Assembly (NCBI GenBank): GCA_964247055.1
Contig: OZ176051.1
Span: 4,278,001-4,342,000 of the forward strand
Direction of reading: 5' to 3'
Length of the DNA: 64,000 nucleotides
Source of the DNA: Paragordius varius
Lineage: Eukaryota > Animalia > Nematomorpha
Numbering within the stretch: the stretch's first letter is position 1; each line of letters starts with the position of its first letter. The translations under genes were made by a program, and so were the position numbers. Under the pieces are notes generated by a model. It did not search any database. It was not told where the DNA came from and saw only the letters and a list, made by a program, of their open reading frames with translations. Below, in pieces: positions 28,152 to 37,813 of the stretch.

Positions 28152-29201
28152 TTAGGAATGTGATAAAATTAACCATGCTATAACAAAATAAAATAGGAAT
28201 ATGGGATATAGACAAAGTGCCTTCTTTCTAGGTGGTTGACTATCAGCCAAAAATGCAACAGAAGCTATATAAAACATAAATTAAAATATATTAAGTTTAT
28301 AAAAAGTTTTTTTTTTCAAAATACAGTGGATTAAATAAAAGAATATTTGTAATAAAGAAATTAATATTAGGAGTAAAGAATCGAATATTAGTAAAAATAA
28401 AAAGGAAACAAAGGGCCATGGTGCACGAGTAAGAATTACCATGCCCACCAAATAATAATTATTTTTTACTATTAGTCAAAAAAAGAAAAGAAAAAAAAAG
28501 GCATTTATTGAGTATGTAATATCATCTACTACATGATATTCTTTCACTTCATTAGTAAATAGTAAAAAATAATTATTATTTGATGGGCATGGTAATTCTT
28601 GCTGGTGCACCATGGCCCTTTGTTTCTTTTTTATTTTTACTAATATTCAATTCTTTACTCCTAATATTAATTTCTTTATTACAAATATTCTTATTTAATC
28701 CACTGTAAATTTAATTATTAAAGTTATAAAGGTAAAACGCAAAAAAACCAATAGACAAATAATATTTTTTTATAAAGGCAGCCATACCTTTTTAAAGCTT
28801 TTCTCTATTGTAACCAAAATGATTACAATAGTCAATTGTATGATAGGGTGTTTACCAATATACATATATTGCCTTATGTCGCCGCAATAAACAAAAAAAG
28901 ATAAAATTAAGGTTTAAAAAATATATGACTGCCTTTGTTATAATATAGTTGTCTGTTAATTTTTACGTTTTGCCTTAACTTGATTTCAATTTTTACTGTA
29001 ATAAATTATTGAAAGAATGAATAAAATACCAAAACATGACCAACCAAATCCAATACCCACAATAACTAGCCGAATCAAAAGTAGGAAAAGGTTTCGTTTG
29101 AAAGCAATCGGGAACAATATGAGGAAAAATTCACAAATTGTGAGAGATATGGCCAACGGTAATAAACAATAACCCAAGATACATAGGGATTGAAACAATG
29201 A

Positions 29202-29242
<41 letters not shown>

Positions 29243-30039
29243 TATTTAGATAGAAAAATTTATTATAATGGTTATTAACCATATATACGATTCACTTTTT
29301 GTTCTCTAGATACATATTAAAATTATTTTTGATAAACGTCAAAAAGTAATCGTAGAATAGTATAACTTGTGATATGTAAATGTTCTGGCATAAATAGATT
29401 ACCTCTAGTTATGTTAGAAAAATTAAAATAAATTTAGATTTTTGGTTAGGCAGTCATATTTAATTGTTTTAACTTGGAAGAAATTTTAATATATAAACTT
29501 TTTTCAAATAAACCAACTAATATAAACGTTTCCAAATTAACTTACAAAGTGCCTCCCAATAATTTGGAATTGAGCGTTATAAGCAAAGATCCAAACCACG
29601 TCAAAACAAATACTTCGACAAATTGAGGACCACGACCCATTATAGTTGTGGATTTATCAATTTGAATAGTTTTGGAATTTTGCAATATTCTATGAATTAT
29701 TATGGCATAAATCTTACAAGGATAGATATATACATAATAGAAGTGGTCCCCATAAATCCCCTAAAATAATTAAAATGTTTCATACAATCTTTCAATAATG
29801 ATTGGCTCTTCTTGGGTATAAACACATGGTAAAATTTGTTTCCAATCGCTTTTAAATCACGAAGCTTTATAAATTATTAGTATGTAATAATACAATAGTG
29901 GTGACAACCGGTTCGTTCAAAGTGTCATATTTAGAATTGGTAGTATTTGTAAATCCTTGAATATCACCCGTTATTTCTATGTTTGTCTACGAAATGATCA
30001 AAAAAACATTACTGGTTGCGTCGTAAAATTTGGATCCAT
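28152..30039 (-). CDS. YIPF6: Yip1 domain family member 6
   Basis: Exons (minus) 30039-30013, 29986-29894, 29864-29786, 29760-29718, 29689-29546, 29202-29030, 28264-28152; 224 codons. Motifs TLNEPVVTTILRDLKAIG, DWDLWGPLLLC, GPQFVEVF, TLNSKLLGG, FQSLCILGYC, ASVAFLADSQPP..ALCLYPIFLFY. Confidence 0.96.
28324..28705. mobile_element. Tc1/mariner-type MITE with about 150-bp terminal inverted repeats
   Basis: TA|CAGTGGATTAAAT... and ...ATTTAATCCACTG|TA. Long near-perfect inverted arms. Located in the last YIPF6 intron. Confidence 0.85.
28722..28980. repeat. Degenerate inverted repeat (old MITE)
   Basis: aaggtaaaacg...aaaggcagccatac (28730-28795) is the imperfect reverse complement of ...tatgactgcctttg...cgttttgcctt (28920-28978). 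Confidence 0.55.
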
Positions 30040-30091
30040 ATGGTTTGCGTATTTATCGTGCTTTAAAAAGTGCCTTACATGTTGTGTAAAA
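30040..30091. promoter_or_regulatory. Putative bidirectional promoter region YIPF6/GPN2 (52 nt between ATGs)
   Basis: Divergent ATGs at 30039 (-) and 30092 (+). Confidence 0.55.
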
Positions 30092-32214
30092 ATGGATAAT
30101 ACCTCGCTTTATGGACAAATCGTAATTGGTTCTCCGGGTGCAGGAAAAACTACCTTCACTTATGCATTTGCCGAATATATGAATGCAAGATATGTCATTA
30201 ATAAACAAACGAATAAGAAAGAAAAGTTAAAGAAGGTATGTATCGTAAATTTGGATCCAGCAAATGAATGTGTCCCCTACGTTCCTGACATTGATATCCG
30301 ATTGATTGTCCAGTTAAATGAAATTCTCAAAGATGAAATTATAGGTTCAAATTCTGCCATTATTAAATGTATGGACCTTATTCTAAAGAATATTGATTGG
30401 TTGTTTGAAGAAATAGAAAAATTTATCGAGGCACCGCTAGTTACTGTGAATTATTTTTTATTTGATTGCCCAGGTCAAATTGAATTATTCACACACAATA
30501 ATACATTTGCTAAAATTTTATCCAAACTTTCAACACATTCGTTTAAAAATGGAAAGTACAAGGGACTGAAACTTATCACCACAAATTTTATTGATTCTTT
30601 AATATGTTTAAATATTGATAATTATTTATCTGCCTCCCTTATATCCCTTATTACAATGATAAATTTACCATTTCCCCACATCAATGTGATGTCTAAATGT
30701 GACTTAATCGAAAAAGATAAAAATGATACTCGACTGCCTTTTAATTTCCAACAATTTCTTGATGCTGACCTCCGTTATATGAATACTACGCAGGCAAGTT
30801 TTATTTTTTTATAAAAATACATGTTTTAATTAATCGATGCTTTACTCATTTAGCAGTATTATAATTGATAACTTACACCAATATAATATAAAAAAAATTT
30901 TAATTGGGTACGTTTTTAAAACGATCACTATTTATTTTTCTCATGCTTTATTTTTATTTCATAAATGTGTTAGAAAAAATGAAACCTATAGTTATAAGCA
31001 CTGTTTATTATTAATTTAATTTGTAATATTACAAATAAACAATGCACAAAATTTGGGTTATTAAAAAATATATACTAATAATATTTTCAGATATGGGATT
31101 CCATGGTGTTTAAATTTACAAGCTTACAAGTTTTAAAAAACTTTTTTGGATTTATTCAAAAAATAGTTTTTATGGTTGAAAAATGTTTTCAATTAATATT
31201 ATGAAATAAAAATATAAACTTTGAAAGTCTCAAATGTTATCATTAAAATTCTCTAGTCCTTAACACTCCAACACCTTTTGGGTAGTTTTATAAATCCGAG
31301 CGATTCGAAGATATTAAGCCGAATTTTAAAACATGCTTTCTTTAGCCTTTTAGGCGCATTATTAGACAAATTTTTTTAAGGATATAAAAAAGTGCTTATC
31401 TTAAACTTTTTTGGGGCCATTTTTTATTCTATAAATTTTTTAATCGCTAATGCAACAGGCATATAAATGTATATTATGATTATAAGTTGATAACTAACTT
31501 TCGCTTTCAGGCTACATTTTACCAACAAAAACTTGATATAATTTGATTTTAATATCAGCTGTTCGTTTCAATCCTGTTTTGGAACTGTCCCAATTTAACA
31601 GTAGAGAAACAAAGCTGTAAAAGATATATGAGCTTTTTTAACTAATACATGAAAACAATGTTTGATAATTAAATTGTAACAAAAATAACTTTTAAAATTG
31701 TTGTTTATATGCGAAATTGAGGTCTGGGATATAAACCGACCCCTAAATTATGACAAAAAAAGTGAAAAGTTAAATTAACAAAAGATCGAGATTGCAAAAT
31801 AGAATCAAATAATAAATTTTATTGTTGAAGTGGCGCTAATTTAATGCCGCTGAACTTTCGTCAAAGCGAATTTAGTAAAAAATTGTTTTGTTTTTGACAT
31901 ATAATATTACAAAAAAATTCTATTAGGCGAACGAATCTTTTTTAATTCCGGCTCATATTAATCCTCAGTGACATCAAAATTTATATATTGAAATAGTATT
32001 TTGATAACTGGAATGCGGAAAACAAGCTGTCAGAAAAATTAATATTGATTTATAAAGAAAGTTTTTTTTAAAAAATAATGGATTGTATAATAAGTCATCA
32101 TATCTTTATAATTTTTTGTGCAACTTCGGTTTTTTTGAGCACACTCACTGGGATTCCTAAAAATAACTCGTCGCCGCAAATACCAAATATGCCATGTGAT
32201 TTCCGATAAATTAT

Positions 32215-32246
<32 letters not shown>

Positions 32247-32737
32247 CTAAATCCTCAAATAATTTTTTTTATTTGGACCCTATTTGTTGTTTTAGAGTTT
32301 TGTAAATATCAATTATTTGTATGTAGGAAGAAAACTGTGGCAAAGATAAATATCAAAATCTTACTAAATCGATATGCGGGTTAATTGAAGATTATGGATT
32401 GATTCAATATATACCGTGCAATATCCAAGTAATTTTATTTTAAAATTAAATTAACAGATTGATAGGATGGTAGATATTATTCTTACTAAATAATATTTTT
32501 ATTAATAAATTTATATCCAACCTAAAATTTAAATGATTATTATCTATTTATTAGAATTCAGAGTCTATGAATAATCTCATGAAAATCATACACAAAGTCT
32601 TACAATACACCATGATATCAAAACAATCAAATACTCAATTAGATACGAAAGATATGGATAATTCTCCATTATTATATCCTAACATTGAAAAACTGGAGTT
32701 AACTGATATATTCCAACAAATAAATTTTAACATTTAA
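30092..32737 (+). CDS. GPN2: GPN-loop GTPase 2
   Basis: Exons 30092-30793 (GC donor), 32327-32428, 32555-32737; 329 codons. Motifs YGQIVIGSPGAGKTT, IVNLDPANE, LFDCPGQIELFTH, PHINVMSKCDL, LIEDYGLIQYIPCNIQ. Confidence 0.9.
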
Positions 32738-33242
32738 CCATTTCTCTTTTTTGCCTTAAGAAATGTTTAAATTAAATTATTTGTTTAACTAAGAATGCTT
32801 ATCCGTTAAAATAAAATAAAAGTTTTCACTTGTTGGTTTTAATTTTAGAAACACGTCGAATTTGGCCAACTAATTGTACCTTTGAAAGATAGAAAAAAAT
32901 TTATTAATTTTTATGGGTTTAATTAATAGTTGGCTAGTTGTGAATAAATGATTATTGCAATTGAATGAGGAAATGAACTAATATTACATTAATTTAAATT
33001 TTTTTTTACACTTCTCAAAAATAAGGGTTTTTTTAAAACTTTCTTCGACACTATACATGTAAAAAAGATTTTTCCTTTTATATTAAACGATAGGTTTTTT
33101 GGTAAATATTTCAAACCATAAACCAAAAAAAATATGGTTTAGATTAACTTGTTTTTAAAATTTATTATGTAAACAGTACGTTAATATTTAATATAACTCC
33201 CATTTAGTTTGTGAAACTATTCAAAACCATTTGCGACACATA

Positions 33243-35419
33243 TATACCATTTCCCATCGACACATTTTCCCAATTAATAAAAACATTTTCCCCGTCAATA
33301 AAAACGGTTTTATCTTCGATGATAAATATCAAAACACGATATAAAAATAACTTTTAACCATTATCAGCTTATTATTAAGATATTATTTTTTATAAAAACA
33401 CACTCATTCGGTTAAATCTGCCATATGAAAGTATATATGAAGATCACATAGTGCTTACCGCAACCTCGATTTCAGACTTAGAAAAAATGTTTATACAATG
33501 GCAACAACAGCTAACCAAATTCGGATTCAAAATAAATGAAAATAAAAGTAAAATCCTGATAACGGATGAACCCCCATAAATGAAATTAATACCCATGCGG
33601 AGTTTGCGGATTAAATGTTGGATTTGATTCTATTCTCTGCTCTGCATGTAAAAAATGGTGTCACAAAAATGTACAAACATTACCGGCAAACTATCCGAAC
33701 AGATAAATTTCAAATGCGAATCATGCGTGCAGCATTCACCGCCCCCATCAATTAAGCACATAGTCCTTAATAACTCAAGCTTTGAAGTGGTAACCGAGTT
33801 TACCCATCTTGGCGACAAAATAACATCAGACTCATCAAACAATAGCGCAATAAATGCAAGAATAAATCGTACCGGGGGAAAATATCATCAGCTAAAATAC
33901 ATACTAAAACAAAAGCACATATCTCTTAAAACAAAAGGCTTAATTTATAAAATGGGCATAAGACCAGTTTTGACATATGCCACAGAAACCATGGCATTGA
34001 CACAAACTTAAGAGAAACGTTTTATCAGCGCGGAAAATCGCATACTACGCCTGATGTCAACGCAACTAAATCCCCAAGATATCCGAAATCACATACAAAT
34101 GGAGCCTATAGACAAATTCATTCAATTCAAAAGAATGAGGTACTACGGTCATTTTGACCGTATGAATCCTGACAATCCGATCAGGACCTCATTCGACATC
34201 ATTCCACCCGGGAACAATAAGCCCGGTCGCCCACGTTTAACCTGGGCTAAAAAGATTGATCTGAATTTCCAACAACTCAAACTGCTAAAAACAGATTGTA
34301 TTGATAAAGAACTATTTCATAAAAAGTTGGATAGCTTACGATGATGCACCATCAATGCTCAATGTTAAACAACAACAACACAATTATTGAATAAAATTTT
34401 TCCAATTATATTCCAGAGCACAATCATTAATGACTAATTCTTCAATATATTTTTGGAATTTGAGATATTTTTAAGATAATATTTTTTATTTTATCGATTC
34501 GCATTAATATTTGCGAAACGCTTCAAAACAGTTTTTAAACATGTCAACAGTTTTTAAACATGTCAAGTTTGTCGATAAGTCGGGAAAGAATATCTAAAAA
34601 AAATTTTGACATAAAAATGTTATTGATTTAAAGATAATTGATAAAAAAAAGGATATCCGACTAAAACAGGATGTCCAACACAAATGGCTTCGCGGGTCGC
34701 ATTTTTAACTCGAAAAGCACGGCGTTCCCCGCATTCGAAATAAATACGGGCATTCATAAATAATTTATTCGATTTTAGACATAAGACTGTAAAACGCAAA
34801 CACAATATAACAATTTTTTTTAATTCGTTGCTAATTTGATCAGACTCATTCAGAATAATTGCGTAAGAAATATGAATTTTACTAAGATTTTGTGGGCATA
34901 TTTTTGCATAAGGATTTCTAAATTTTTCGCGGACCGCACAAAGAATCTCGTAGGGCCGCGTTTAGCGACTCCTGGACCAAATGATAAATATTATATAAAT
35001 TAGGGTAAAATTTATGTTTGAGATCCAATATGAAGTCTTAAATGACCTTTGAGATAAAAATAATATATTTTTATAAATTGTATTATTTTATCCGTAACTA
35101 TAGATTTTATAAGTTAGTCGCAAATATTAATGCGAACCATCGATAAAATATAAAATAATATCTTTAAAATATTTCAAATTCCAAAAAATAAAGAAAAAAT
35201 CATTAATTATTATGCAGTTGGAAAAAATGTAATTCAAAAATTGTGTTTTTATAAAAATAATACTAATATTACGCTGATAATGGTTATATTTTTATATCTT
35301 GTTTTGATATTTATCATTAATAATTAAACCGTTTTTATTGACTCAGAAAACGTTTCGATTGATTGGGAAAATGTTACGATTGACTGGGAAAACGTTTATA
35401 TTGACTGGGAAATGGTATA
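33243..35419. mobile_element. Foldback-like element with about 150-bp inverted arms and TATACCATTT termini, containing nested insertions
   Basis: 33243-33390 matches the reverse complement of about 35260-35419, including repeats of about 21 nt (cattttcccagtcaat...). The terminus resembles family F. Confidence 0.65.
33400..34383 (+). mobile_element. 5'-truncated RTE-clade non-LTR retrotransposon fragment
   Basis: RT-like YEDHIVLTATS...KINENKSKIL (decayed YADD); Cys-rich YPCGVC...CSACKKWCHKKC...CESC; EFTHLGDKI...RPVLTYATET; PGRPRLTW; (AAC)n tail at about 34368-34383; in-frame stops. Confidence 0.85.
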
Positions 35420-35478
35420 CAATACAAAAATTCTATTTTAGTTTAAAAGCTCAAGGTTATAAATTAAAAACTAGTATA

Positions 35479-36452
35479 CCAGGTGCAGTGTAAGGTCATT
35501 ACCGGTTTAACTTAGATATACCCTCAGTAAAAAGTAATTAATTTGACACAGATCTAATTTCTTTCATCAATCATAAATGACAAATACACAGAATTGTTCC
35601 CGCCAAAAACTAGGCCTTTTTTATCATACGGTAAACATGTCAAATATTGTGCCTCAAAAAGAATATTTGCGGCACGCATTGCTTTTTCATCTCCATCAGA
35701 AGATAAAAGCTGTTAAAAGTTATTGTTTATTGGTAGAAAATATGGTGAACATGTTATATCAATAAAAACATGTGAAACAGGTTATGAAAATTTACCTATT
35801 GTGATTAAGAGAGTGACGCTGTGGTAGACTGCGCAACTGCGAAGAGTAAAAGATTTATTGGTTGAGACAGACATTTGAACGTCTTATGGAAAATAACAAA
35901 GTAACTTGTAAAATCTGCCTCAACCTCAAAAGAAATCATGTTTGCATTAAATTAGGGCGAGTAAATTTTGTAAATCTAAAGCGAAAAAAATATGCCTTGA
36001 CAAGCCGGGTCCATCTACATCAATGCCAAATGGCTTCGGCAAGAGCAGTATTGTTAATTATGAAATTTTAAAGTGAAACCATGCATTAAACTACTGTGGT
36101 CCAAAAGACATGGCAAAGCCCTCTCACACAGAAAAAGCAGTGAAAGACATCTTAAAATCGCTTTGATGGCCATATCTTTCGCACCCGCAGTGAGCTTCTA
36201 ACCCTACACCATCTGAATACTACGTCTTCTGCATACACTCGCATTGCAACACTTGGATAATTTCGAAGAAGTTGGAAAATGGCCTGACGAGTGGTTTGCC
36301 GCAAACGATAATTAGTTTTTCTTGGGTGAATTTTTTGGCGAAATATGTAGAAGCCAATGGACAATATTGTGAATGAAATCAATGATTGATTTCTTTTTAA
36401 AATTTGGTGTTTTTTACCGAAAAATGCAATATTACCATTAGAACAAATTAAT
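35479..36452 (+). mobile_element. Internally deleted, degenerate mariner (Mos1/mauritiana-like)
   Basis: TA|CCAGGTGCAG...ATTACCGGTTT terminus; MSNIVPQKEYLRHALLF at 35637; HDMAKPSHT, TPSEYYVF and KYVEANGQY* correspond to mariner transposase motifs; multiple stops. Confidence 0.85.
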
Positions 36453-36999
36453 AATGCATATATTAAATTAATATTTATTTTTAGCTTCAAAAATCATATT
36501 TTAATCATAAAATTATGACTTTTATAATTTATTTTAGATAATCGAAAATGGTGGAATGCTGTGTCAAAATATATGCAGTAAAAAACTAATTATAAATAAT
36601 TTCATAAAAAATCACAAATCATAATCTGGACCGGTATAATAAAGAATATTCTTTACTGTTGTATTTACATAAAGAATATTGAATATTTCCGTATTTTATA
36701 CATTTAATTTACTAGAATAAAATATAATAATTTTAAATGGTGGGATAGCTGTTCACAGTTGTGTAAATATAAATATACTAATGGAATCTAACTTTTTTTG
36801 GTATGAGCGATTGTGCAAAACTAGAATTTTTTTAATACAAATAAATTATAAAAGATGAAAATTTAAAATTTAATTGTTTAAAAAAACCATAGATTATGAC
36901 TTGATTATCATAATAATAATAATAATAATAATAGATGGATTATATATTGCACAACTTTTGCTAATATATAGTTGTAAATTTATGAATATGAATTGCCTT

Positions 37000-37791
37000 T
37001 TATTGAAATTCAACGGTTGTCATCGTGCTTTGGTATGAGGGCGGGGAGGTTAAAGGTTTTACATTCGTTTGGCCGTTATTATGTTGAGAAAGGGAAGGTG
37101 ATGGTTTAAAAGGCGATGCTTCGTTTGCCTTAGAATATGAATTAGAAAAAACGGGTGATTTTAATACACCACATTTATTTGGTGGGATTGGGGCATGAAA
37201 AAGATCTAAATCACTGTCATCCTCACTATCAGACAATGGATTATCGGGATCGTATTTATCCATAGGTGCCATTTCCCATTTAGGGGGGCTTGTAATTACA
37301 TTGCTATGTTGATTTTTATTATGGGTATGCCCATTTGCTAATGGTTTGTATTCAGACTTTTTAATCGATTCGCTCTTGGATTTTTTGGATGTCAAAGATT
37401 TTTTATTTTTGGTAACAGATTTACGATGGTTAGAGGACGAAGATTTTAACCAATTATCACCCCATTCATCGTCATAATCAAAGTCATCACTGTTAAGAAT
37501 CCCATATTTTTTAACCTTTTTACTCTTGCGTAAACTATAAATATATGAACAAAACTCATACCTAAAAAGCTTGATGAGAAGATAAACGGCCAAGACTATA
37601 GCCATACCAATCATAACATACATGGCCCTGTATAGAGAGCCATTATCAATGACTTTGGCATATAATTGTTTAAAATACAGGGGTTTTTTGGTTATATGAG
37701 ATTTATGAATGACTTTATATTGATATACTTCGGTATTGTTTGTAATGTTGTTATATAAAGTTGATAAATTTAAACCAAGTTGATTATTCAT
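37000..37791 (-). CDS. FAM174: FAM174-like single-pass membrane protein
   Basis: Exons (minus) 37791-37562 and 37534-37000. SLYRAMYVMIGMAIVLAVYLLIKLF/SLRKSKKVKKYGIL plus acidic SDSEDDSDLDLF fits the FAM174 pattern. The start codon is uncertain because no signal peptide is seen. Confidence 0.7.
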   Translation of the reverse strand: MNNQLGLNLSTLYNNITNNTEVYQYKVIHKSHITKKPLYFKQLYAKVIDNGSLYRAMYVMIGMAIVLAVYLLIKLFRYEFCSYIYSLRKSKKVKKYGILNSDDFDYDDEWGDNWLKSSSSNHRKSVTKNKKSLTSKKSKSESIKKSEYKPLANGHTHNKNQHSNVITSPPKWEMAPMDKYDPDNPLSDSEDDSDLDLFHAPIPPNKCGVLKSPVFSNSYSKANEASPFKPSPSLSQHNNGQTNVKPLTSPPSYQSTMTTVEFQ

Positions 37792-37813
37792 TTTCCGCTA
37801 ATTAGGGACTCAT

